DNA of 64,000 bases from Babesia bigemina. Taxonomy: Eukaryota. Numbering within the stretch: position 1 is the stretch's first letter; the number at the start of each line of letters is the position of its first letter. The translations under genes and the position numbers were made by a program. Location: the NCBI RefSeq assembly GCF_000981445.1, contig NC_027216.1, forward strand, positions 2,232,001 to 2,296,000, given 5' to 3'. Positions 54,926-64,000 of the stretch are shown here, piece by piece. Below the pieces are notes generated by a model that had not been told where the DNA came from, did not search any database, and saw only the letters and a list, made by a program, of their open reading frames with translations.

Positions 54926-57313
54926 ATGCAGGGATCTGACCGCTTTCCGATGACCGACGCGCCCTTTTCGTCGGCGGCTCTCCGGCGCGCCGAGACGGAG
55001 CTGTGGCAGTGTGACGACGGCGCCTCCAGGTCTGACTTTTGCAACACGGTCTCGGGGATGAGCATAACCGCGACCAGAGTTGTTCGGAGTGGAGATGTGC
55101 GGCATACGTATGCGCCACCGTCGGCGCTCTCGCCGTCTGGAAAAGCAGTCGGCCAAGCATGCTCCCCGGAATGTACGTCGGGTGCCCAGTCACTCCAACC
55201 ACCACTGGTGTGCCACGTTGGGGAACGGTCATCTTCCGACGGCATACCCAGGGTGCCGACGCTCGATCTGGCGCTCCTGCACGCCAGGCCTAGTGCGTCG
55301 ATTTCGAGCCTGGGGGAGCACGACCAGGCCCCGCCGCCGCAGGTCAAGCCCCAAGAGCATAAGGCGGACATCGTCGGCCAGCTCAACGCAATACAATCGC
55401 AGCTCGAGAGGAAGCTGAGCACTGTGCGCATCGAATACCAGAAGAAGCTGAGCGAGTCGGCCATGGTGGGCTTCGCCAGGCGACGCTCGGCACGCATGTC
55501 GAGCTTGCAAACGGACGAGAGCATCTCGTTGCACAGCGAGTCATCATTCCGTGAAAAGGTGGACCAGCGCCCGGAGTCACGAGGATACTCCGGCGCGCAC
55601 AACGTCGCGGCGATCGTGAATACCAGGGGGAGGCAGCGGAATGCCCCGCCCCCCAGGATGGCCGCGGGCGGTACGCCTCGCAGGCCATCGGGAGAAGCAC
55701 CAAATCAGGATAAGGCTGAAATCGGCGCTCCCATTACCAGGTATGCAACATTCTCGACGGCGAAGTGCGGTTCGCGCATGCCCAGCCGGTTCGCGCCTCC
55801 GGACTGGAACGCGTTGATACGTCACTACGTGAAAAAGGATACGAACGGTTCGCCTAAGCAGCACAACAAAAGCGAGACGCGACAAGCACCACCCTTGCCT
55901 CCAGCGCAGCCAGACAACAGCCTGCCGTCAGCGGCGCTGACACGGCCACCGGAAGCGAGGGACGCCCGGATGCCGCCGCCGCTGCGTTTCAACCCCCTGC
56001 ATCGCAAAAACGAGAACGCCTACGATGTAGACCTCGTCAATAAACTCTGCCGGCGTGCGCCTACAAACCCGGTGGGCCCTGCAACGCTGGGACGGACGAA
56101 CACCACCACCATAGGCAAGTTCGAAGGGGCCCGGGATTCTGCACTCAACGACGCCCGACGGTCTAACACGGCAGCTCTGTTGTTGTGCGGCGCCGGAAAG
56201 GATAAGGAGGACGCGAATATAAGCCTGGTCACATTCCCACCAACATCGCCGACGCTATCGGAGCAGGACCTGTCATCTAAAACCGTCACGGACGACGGTT
56301 GGGTGCGTAGCCCGATCGCTCGCGCCTATTCGTACGTCGACTGGATTTTCCAGGGCACCGGCGAAAATGAGGAGTCCCGATCCGACGAGCAGCGAGTGTC
56401 GCAGCCACCGTCGCCGCAAGTCGCAGGAGGCGACTCGGCGCTTGATAAACGCTACCCAAGTATGAGGTCGCTGAGGTACCCGGACCACGTTGAAGGAGCC
56501 ATGCCACGCCCGACGGCGCCCCGGCCGAGAGTGGAGGCGGGAACGGACACTGGTAACGAAGGTGCAATGCGCCGCCAAACGACGGCGCCGCTCCGGAGGA
56601 GGGACACGTACACGGTCAACACCAACCAGATACGCGAGAAAATACGAGCTCTGGCGTCACACGTCAGCGAGCCGCCGTCAGATGCTGACGATGACGACAC
56701 TTCGTACCAAGTTGTGTCCGTTAGCGGCTCCGACCTGGATAGGGCCTCCGGCCAGTACGGTCCGCCGGAGCAGCAGCAGACGTTCAGCCTCAGCGAGAAC
56801 GTGGTCGAACGCAACGTCGACGCGGGTTTGCTGACACACCTGCCGACGATGAGCGGCAACTGCGTGAAGGGCATCGCGGGGTACTCGATGGAGCAACTCT
56901 ACCGGCTGTCCAGGGTGAACTCCAAGTGCGCCCTGCTACGGCACGGCGAACCCGACGCGCCCGCTGAGATGGGCAACACATCCGGCTTCGGGCACCCTAG
57001 CAGCCTCAGGACGAGCGTGACGCCGTGGTTCAAGAACCCGCTGAACGAGAAGGTGCACCGGGAACGCGCCCGTAGCGCGAAGCACGCCGCGTTCATCCCC
57101 AACGCCCAGCAGGTGGAGGACATAGCCGATGCAGACCTGAAGAATCTGTTGGACCAGATCGCGACGTACCGCCTGGACCTGGAGGAACCGGAGCGCCACG
57201 GCGTGATGGACCCGTTCTACGAGTACGAGAAGATGATGCAGAACAAGACGCTGGCAAGCTCCGACTGGGCCAGGTACGGCCGCCCAGCCGGTCGACAGAC
57301 ACCGAACTTTTAG
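54926..57313 (+). CDS. Hypothetical low-complexity Pro/Ser/Arg-rich protein (795 aa)
   Basis: Long ORF; no recognisable domain. Confidence 0.65.
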   Translation: MQGSDRFPMTDAPFSSAALRRAETELWQCDDGASRSDFCNTVSGMSITATRVVRSGDVRHTYAPPSALSPSGKAVGQACSPECTSGAQSLQPPLVCHVGERSSSDGIPRVPTLDLALLHARPSASISSLGEHDQAPPPQVKPQEHKADIVGQLNAIQSQLERKLSTVRIEYQKKLSESAMVGFARRRSARMSSLQTDESISLHSESSFREKVDQRPESRGYSGAHNVAAIVNTRGRQRNAPPPRMAAGGTPRRPSGEAPNQDKAEIGAPITRYATFSTAKCGSRMPSRFAPPDWNALIRHYVKKDTNGSPKQHNKSETRQAPPLPPAQPDNSLPSAALTRPPEARDARMPPPLRFNPLHRKNENAYDVDLVNKLCRRAPTNPVGPATLGRTNTTTIGKFEGARDSALNDARRSNTAALLLCGAGKDKEDANISLVTFPPTSPTLSEQDLSSKTVTDDGWVRSPIARAYSYVDWIFQGTGENEESRSDEQRVSQPPSPQVAGGDSALDKRYPSMRSLRYPDHVEGAMPRPTAPRPRVEAGTDTGNEGAMRRQTTAPLRRRDTYTVNTNQIREKIRALASHVSEPPSDADDDDTSYQVVSVSGSDLDRASGQYGPPEQQQTFSLSENVVERNVDAGLLTHLPTMSGNCVKGIAGYSMEQLYRLSRVNSKCALLRHGEPDAPAEMGNTSGFGHPSSLRTSVTPWFKNPLNEKVHRERARSAKHAAFIPNAQQVEDIADADLKNLLDQIATYRLDLEEPERHGVMDPFYEYEKMMQNKTLASSDWARYGRPAGRQTPNF

Positions 57314-57800
57314 TGCGCTACCTGTAAATGAGCTGCTGGAGTGTGTATGTTGCCGAAATCGCCAATGTGTAGCGCGCCAGGCGCGGGAGACCACTGCAGG
57401 CGGCTGCCGCCGGCGCAGGTGCCCCGTTGAGCTATCCGCGCACGCTCCCCGCCGTGACAAGATAGTGCCAGCGTCTGAGCGCCGCGTATTGCGCGGAACT
57501 GCCCCCTGCCTTCGCGTGAATGCGCATCAGCATGGGGGCGGGACGCGGGCGGCGGCAGCGGGAGCGAGGAGCCCGTGGCCGGCATAGCGATACGATATCG
57601 GAGGGCGAATCCGCGCAAGACCCGCCGCAGCTTTCGTGAGCTGCATTTGACCCAGTAAGCGCTTCCGATCTAGGAGCGCTCCCGCGTACGCCGGAGCGAT
57701 CTCGTGCGCGCACGCGGCAGTCGTTGACCGTGGCGTCATCCAGGCCGCTTGGCAGCTCCAGTAACTAATCGGTGGGTGAAATCTGCGAGCGAAGTCTCTA

Positions 57801-59072
57801 ATGGGTGTCGGCAGGCTGCTCGCTGCCGGCAGTGGACGCGCTGGGCAGAGCCCGAGTGAGCTTGGACGGATACGCAGCCGCACACCGTCATCCGCAGGAC
57901 TCGCGCCATGCGACAGTCCTAGGACGGCGATCAACGGGATCGACTACCGGGCACGACACCACCAGCAGGCGAAGATGCTCGACGTATGCCGAGGCGCCAA
58001 CCAGAATCACTTCGAGCTTGACGCACCGCTGCAGAAGCTCATCATCCCGCTATCATTAATGGCGAGAGGCAAGCGCGATAGCGCACATGTCTGCAAGACA
58101 TTGGACTCCATGGACAAATCGGGGCATGGCGCCATCATCGGTGCTGGCCAACGCAGGAAGGACATCGACACTGCCTCCACGTCCCCCGAGTCTAACTCCA
58201 TAAACCCCGACTACGGCGCCGCGTACGCGTGGAGCAACTCCGCGCACGTGACGGACCTGAAGGACGTGAAGGGCGGGATCGGCGCGAAGGCCGGCAAGCG
58301 CTCCTCGTGGGAGGTCCCCGGCTGGGCCACCGCCCAGTCTGACATGACCACCAACAGCGGCACCAACAATGGATCGGACGACACTGCCGCCAGCTTTTCG
58401 AAGCGAGTGCCCGACGGCATGCGCTTCAAGAGCGACACTGGAGGCCTCTTCCGTCACCGCCATTCGGCGATGTCGAGCGAGGGACCCGAGATGATGTTCC
58501 CCAAGGCTCCGCGTGCGAGCTCGTTTTCAGGCATGGCGTCGTACGGCGGCGGCGCGTACGCGCGTTTCGACGCCGGCCCCGACAAGGCCTACTACGTGGA
58601 CTCCGCGCACGACCCGGCGCTGGCGGAGGCCGCCGAGCAGCTCAGCCGGTACGCGGCCGACCTGCGCAGGAAGCGTGGCGCGAACGCCAAGTACCCGCAT
58701 GAAGCGACATCGTACACGAACAACAAGTACGCCTACGAGCGAGGGCCCCTCGGTTTCGCCACCGTGTTCAGGGACACCGAGTCCGACGACGTCGTCAGGA
58801 GCGACACGAGCACGATGCCGCTGACGATTTTTTCCGCGTATACCCCATTGCGTCTTGAGGACGGCGCCATCGCAGTGCAACCGTCGGACAAGGTTGACCT
58901 CCTAGCGCGCCACAAGCACTGGCTCTACGTCCGCGTCGCGAAATCTCGGGTTCCGGAGTCCGTGGGACGCAGCGGCTGGATTCCCGAGGAGACGCTGCTC
59001 GAGCCGGAACTTTTTTCTCGGCGTTTGCTGCACACTGGCAACCGCACACACATGTTTAATAAATTCCTATAG
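57801..59072 (+). CDS. Hypothetical protein with C-terminal SH3 domain
   Basis: IFSAYTP...AIAVQPSDKVDLLARHKHWLYVR...GRSGWIPETLLEP fits the SH3 pattern. Confidence 0.72.
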   Translation: MGVGRLLAAGSGRAGQSPSELGRIRSRTPSSAGLAPCDSPRTAINGIDYRARHHQQAKMLDVCRGANQNHFELDAPLQKLIIPLSLMARGKRDSAHVCKTLDSMDKSGHGAIIGAGQRRKDIDTASTSPESNSINPDYGAAYAWSNSAHVTDLKDVKGGIGAKAGKRSSWEVPGWATAQSDMTTNSGTNNGSDDTAASFSKRVPDGMRFKSDTGGLFRHRHSAMSSEGPEMMFPKAPRASSFSGMASYGGGAYARFDAGPDKAYYVDSAHDPALAEAAEQLSRYAADLRRKRGANAKYPHEATSYTNNKYAYERGPLGFATVFRDTESDDVVRSDTSTMPLTIFSAYTPLRLEDGAIAVQPSDKVDLLARHKHWLYVRVAKSRVPESVGRSGWIPEETLLEPELFSRRLLHTGNRTHMFNKFL

Positions 59073-59080
59073 CACAAGCC

Positions 59081-59711
59081 ATGTCCACCGATAGCGAAAC
59101 TATGCGCCCCGAGGTGGCGGCGTCTGGCGAGGAAGCGTCGTTTCCGGCCGTCCGCACGCTGCGGTTCACCGTCGACGGCGCTGGCGATTCCAGTATGCTG
59201 CTTCTGCGTAGTCCGCACATCTGCGTGCAGAGAGGGAGTACGAGGCCGTGGCTGTCCAGTTTGCGAACGCCTGGCAGCTGTTCCTGACCCACAGCGGCAA
59301 GGTCGGCACCTGGGTAAGCGGCGGCACGCCGACGACATTGTTTGCAGCTCTGCGCCTCCGCCGACGCCCCGCATGCCGACGTGTATTCCGTGAAGACCCT
59401 CATCGGCGACAGGTAACTGCCGTGTCGGCGAACGACATGGCCCGCAGGCTACAGGAGCACCTTGCGGTCTACGCCCGCAGCCTGGTCAAGACGCTGTGCG
59501 ACTCGCTCCGTACCAGGAGCTCGTTGGAGCTGGACCGTGAGTTCGCACCACCAAACGGCTGAGTTCGTGCAGGGGAGATCATGCTGATTTTGGCAATCGA
59601 CGTGCACGTACGTGTATCCGCGCCCACCGCCGTGCCACATGAATGCAGGACGACCGACCGGAGACCTTCCAGCAGATCCTCAAGGCGCTGGCTGACATTT
59701 TCAAGCCCTAG
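59081..59711 (+). CDS. Proteasome assembly chaperone 3 (PAC3/PSMG3)-like, multi-exon
   Basis: Spliced product includes AVQFANAWQLFLTHSGKVGTW, YSVKTLIGDR, HLAVYARSLV, IMLILAI and ETFQQILKALADIFKP*. Confidence 0.65.
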
Positions 59712-59941
59712 ACAACGCCCATGCGGGTAACCGTTATGCAGCAGCACGCCCAGGCGTTTTCGGACGCGCAACCGGGGGCGATGTCGGCGGCCGGCCGCCA
59801 GGCACGTCATCCGCTGTGACCGCCACGGCCATGTCCACAACTCAGTGAAAATGCTACGTTGGGTTGCGATTATCGTATGATTACGTGACATGTGAAATCC
59901 ATGCGGGCGTCTATGGACGCCATGTAGTTCGGTGTCAGCGT

Positions 59942-60637
59942 CTAGCTGAATTGCTTCTTGCAGTAGCGGGTCAACTTGGCCACCGCGTCGTACTGCTTCC
60001 GGGCCAGGTTTTGAACGCAGTTCTTCGCCCTGATGATCAGCGGCTTCCTCTTTGCGACGACGTCGTATGACCCCGGCGCCCCGCCCGCTGACTCCGGGAC
60101 CTTGTACTCCTCCGGGTCGTTGTAGTAGTGGCAGCGCGCCGACAGGCCCCTGCTCCTGCCCTTGGGCCGGGAGCGTATGTCGAACTCCTCGTAGTCGCTG
60201 CTGGACATCCCCCTCCTGCCACTCGAGTACGGCGAGCGGCCGTAGTGGTAGTCGCTATCGTCGTCCGACGAGCGCACATACCGGTCGGAGTCGCTGTCGT
60301 CGCTCCGCTCCTCCGGTGCGTCCTCGGGCTCCTGCTGGGCGCTGGGTTCTGGCTCGGGGACGTGCCGCGGCACTATGTGGTGGACCCTCGGCTGGCTCAC
60401 CGTTTCCTGCGGCGCGTCGTCATCCACCGGCTGCTGCTCAGGCTCTTGTTCCAGCTCTGGCTCCTGCTCGTGCTCCGGGTCTTTGTGGTCCGGCATTTCA
60501 GTATCCGTAATAAATTGGTCCGAATCGTATGAACTCGAGGTTCCCTCTGATTCGTCACTGGAGATGGCCTCACCAGTGCGCGCGGCAGCTTCGAAAGGCG
60601 AAACCTGCGCAGCGGCCGACGCCAAATTTTCTTCCAT
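59942..60637 (-). CDS. Acidic hypothetical protein (231 aa)
   Basis: ATG-initiated ORF, E/D/S/P-rich with a basic C-terminus. Confidence 0.6.
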   Translation of the reverse strand: MEENLASAAAQVSPFEAAARTGEAISSDESEGTSSSYDSDQFITDTEMPDHKDPEHEQEPELEQEPEQQPVDDDAPQETVSQPRVHHIVPRHVPEPEPSAQQEPEDAPEERSDDSDSDRYVRSSDDDSDYHYGRSPYSSGRRGMSSSDYEEFDIRSRPKGRSRGLSARCHYYNDPEEYKVPESAGGAPGSYDVVAKRKPLIIRAKNCVQNLARKQYDAVAKLTRYCKKQFS

Positions 60638-60921
60638 GGTTGCAAGTCAGAAAGCGAACCTGTGCGCACTAACTTATCGCGTTTCCTCTAGAATCGAGCT
60701 CGATGGGTGGATATGAGGAGCTCTACCTCCTAATTCGGCCGTCGTACGTCGGCTCAGCATATGCGCGCTCGCGTCGCACGCAAACGTTCCCTCGCGCGGT
60801 TGTCACGGCGATGAAAATCAACCTGTGGGCGAGGAATTAGACTAATGCCCGTGGTCAGCGCAGGCAAGCTCCAGCAGCGCGGATACCACGGCGGGGAAGG
60901 ACGCGCGTTGGCATTACACCG

Positions 60922-61734
60922 TCACGTGCACGCGACGCGGATGGCGATCCGTATGGAGGAAATCATGCGTTCCCGTTGTGTCACAGTCACTACGGCGTCC
61001 GTTGAATTCATAGGGCAAAATTGCCCCGGCGTTTGCAAACTCGATCCCCGAGAAGCGTATGAGTACACATCGTCGCAGCAGGCCACAGACCCCGTCGAAA
61101 TATCGACCTGTAGAATGCGCTTCACGATCACTTCCAGCGCCCTGTTGGTAGCCGCGTCGCAGCCGGCGCAACGTTGATTGAGGCCGTGCTTCTCACGGCC
61201 GCCAGGGCCGGGCTGCCAGGTGGCGGAGCAGTCCGCGCACATCACGCGCACCGGTCGCCGCCTGAACCGCGACTGCGCCTCCACGTATAGATCCTTCACG
61301 TGCTCGTACAGGTCCTGCAGCACGAACAGCGCCCGCGTGACGCAGCGCCCCGTGCCGTAGAGTACCACGCAGTCGCCGTTGCCCTGAGGCGGTGCCTCGT
61401 TGCGCTTGGACAGCGCCGCAGCCACCTGCCGCGCGTCGCCAGCGCTGCTGCCCGACCTGCCGTACTGGTCGGGCAGCCTGGCACGGTTTCCCATAGCCCC
61501 TGTGTTGCGGTTGACGAGGTTGTCTTGCAAGAACTGCCTGGAGCACAGCTCGGTGAATCTGGAGAGCCGCCAGCGCAGCAGGTAGAGCGCCCGCTGGAAG
61601 TAGACGCAGGTCGGCAGACGTCCTGTGAGGTATATCTCGTGCTGCGCCTTGTTGAGCACGAACAGCGGCCGCTTCAACAGCACAGTGGCACTCGCGCCCT
61701 CGCCGGGGTCGTCCGACTCCCGCATTGACGCCAT
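60922..61734 (-). CDS. RNase P/MRP subunit Rpp20/Pop7-like (Alba fold)
   Basis: HEIYLTGRLP..YFQRALYLL, VVLYGTGRCVTRAL, VDISTGSVACCDD and RMISSIRIAIR. Confidence 0.7.
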   Translation of the reverse strand: MASMRESDDPGEGASATVLLKRPLFVLNKAQHEIYLTGRLPTCVYFQRALYLLRWRLSRFTELCSRQFLQDNLVNRNTGAMGNRARLPDQYGRSGSSAGDARQVAAALSKRNEAPPQGNGDCVVLYGTGRCVTRALFVLQDLYEHVKDLYVEAQSRFRRRPVRVMCADCSATWQPGPGGREKHGLNQRCAGCDAATNRALEVIVKRILQVDISTGSVACCDDVYSYASRGSSLQTPGQFCPMNSTDAVVTVTQRERMISSIRIAIRVACT

Positions 61735-62525
61735 AGACAGTATGAGCAAAGTCACACCTGCGTATAAGAGCAAATATAGAGCACCTGCATGCCCCGTGGT
61801 CGATCCTATCGCTCGGATACCCTGTGGAATCCCGCATGGACGCCTCGCGCACAACACCCGGGTAATGCGATGGCTTTACCGCACATCACCGAGCTTGATC
61901 CTCGCACGCCAACGTCAGTTCAATAACGGCGGCTGTGAACGTTTAGGTGGCTAAAAAATGATCGCCATACGTTTTGACGCATCACTGCTGGGTGTAAATC
62001 TGCTGAGCCGCTTCAGTGCGCTGCAGCCATTTAGATTAGTAACAACACGTGGCTTCAAAGGGTGTGTAACGCAACCTACCGTTCCATGCCGGTAGGTGTG
62101 ATTGTGTTCGGGGTTGCTCGACAAGGCTGCGGCTACCCTGTGTACCTCGGCAAATTCCGGGGAAGCAGGCTCGCAGCGCCACTTAGCTGCACACCTAAGG
62201 GCCAACTGCCCTCGTAGAGCGGATTAGAAGACGGCACTGATGTGATCGCTCGCGTTTGCGCATATGGTAACACGGCCACCTTGGCAACGTCACGTACGCT
62301 CCGTTGAACCGTGTCTACATAAAGCGACGCTCAACCACACATGGCCTCATTGGTGCGCATGTGAGTTGATTACGAGTGTGCGCTGAACGTACAAGCCCTG
62401 CAAAGTTCATAGCGCTGTAAAAATATACTGTACATTAAACGAGCAACCCGCTGGGGATAACGGACACGTTGGCAGCAACAACCGTTGCCGGTTAAGCTTC
62501 ACCGGAGTCGGGCCCAATAGCGCCG

Positions 62526-64000
62526 ATGACGCACGGAAGTACAATGGTAGGAGGTGCGGCAATAAAGCTCGTCACGGCGCTGCTCATGCACCTGGTCGCG
62601 GTGCCGCTGGCGGCGGCCGGCATATGGGACATTGCGGAGATGCAACACGCGCATTTCCTGCTCAACAGCCCGCACCCCACCCTGTACACGTCACTGTGCG
62701 ACCCTGAGCAGAGCCTTTTAAGGCGGAAGTTCCAAATCGCATGCTTTGTCAGCAATAACACGCCGTTCAACATGTGGGATAACTCCCCCCAAAACGCCAC
62801 GAGCATCATCGTGATGCCGGAGTTGAGCTTCGAACAGACTTACATCATGGACATCACAGTGCGCCACGCGGTGCGGAAGGCTTCGGCGAGTGTGTGGTTG
62901 TACCGGGAGCTGACGCTGCAGGTCGCCCACATAATCCTGGAATCTACCAAAACGCAGGACGGAGACGAGAACGGTGGCAAGGACGGCCTCACCGACCCTG
63001 CCAGTGGTGAGGCTCACGGAACAGAGGACGCAACAGGCGGTGTCACGCCGGCGCGAGGCTCTGCGGAGTACGTTTCGCAAATGCTGGTGCAGAGGATGAA
63101 AGAGAACGTCGAGAAGATGATGGGAGACAAGTCGAGGTTGTTGAAAGAATGCGTCATAGCGCCAAAGGAGATGTGCAGGGGGCACCGCAACCACATAACA
63201 TACTTGAGGGACCTGTTCCCCAACTTCTTGAACGCAAGCAGCAGGGCCGCATCGAATTTCAATGCTGCTGATGGGAAGACCTTCCCACCCAGAGGCGACG
63301 AAGAACTGGGCGCCTTCGGCGCTGCAAACGACGACATTCTGATCCAATACGCCAAAAGGTTCCTCGTGACGCAGGTACGCAACAACCCCCGCCTACTGTA
63401 ACTGGCAGCACATGCCTCAGCACGCTAACATCCTTGCAGATAACGATGTACACGCAAGACGCCAAGAAGACGATGGAGGAGGCGCTATGGCTGCGGGAGT
63501 GCCTGCTCATCAACGAAGTAAACACCCTGGTATACGACATGACCGAGTACAGCGGCGAGCTGCACCGACTGTAAGCACCTAACTCGGCCGTTTCAATGCA
63601 CCGTGCAGAATCCAGGAACTGGTCGTCAAGATAATGAACGGGTACTATCACCTGGTGACCATCGCCATAAAGATGCTCGATGGTACGTGAAATGAAACCG
63701 TAGCCTCACAACAGCCTGCAGCCAACCTGAAGGCCATCAGAAAACTAGAGCCGGACGAAATCTGGGCGCAATACGCACACTCGGTCAGCATCTCGCAGAA
63801 GTTTGCACGGGACATAAAGGCCACGCTGGTTGAAATCATGAGCGCCCAGCACTACAAAGGCCTCAAAGACGTTTTCAACAGATACGCCCTGATGACGGGG
63901 CGCAAGCGCCTCATCACGCAACCACGGAGGAACTCCACCACTTTGCTAGTCCTCAAAACGGCCGCAATAAGGGCCTTGAAGGAGGAGATAACGGTGGAAA
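62526..64000 (+). CDS. Multi-exon hypothetical secreted protein, 3' end outside the window
   Basis: Signal-peptide-like LVTALLMHLVAVPLAAA. Introns at 63375-63439 and two more (~63571, ~63683) keep the frame open toward the window end. Confidence 0.65.

Overview
Eukaryotic, gene-dense window from an apicomplexan piroplasm, very probably Babesia (B. bigemina/ovata-like). The evidence is short 30-45 nt GT-AG introns, an ApiAP2 factor, apicoplast-targeted GyrB and L1, and ves-related genes. Two GC-rich blocks of core genes flank a visibly more AT-rich lineage-specific island. The left block (1-21.9 kb) holds a SWR1-type SNF2 ATPase, PGP synthase, mitochondrial L23, ApiAP2 and GyrB. The right block (42.3-64 kb) holds a ThiM-like gene, FtsH, Vps16, WDR33/Pfs2, L1, Hop2, an SH3 protein, PAC3 and Pop7/Rpp20. 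The island (about 22-41.5 kb) holds six small Cys-containing single-TM genes without signal peptides, four of them in two homologous head-to-head pairs. It also holds a TM-only micro-ORF, a broken ves2-like gene and a 6-Cys-like protein. Two island genes carry copy-number-variable tandem intron/exon units and a canonical G-quadruplex motif just upstream of the ATG. Outside the island, the most notable items are a GADD34/DP71L-like PP1-docking motif protein and a catalytically degenerate ThiM homologue. All family calls come from motif recognition by eye; no searches were run.
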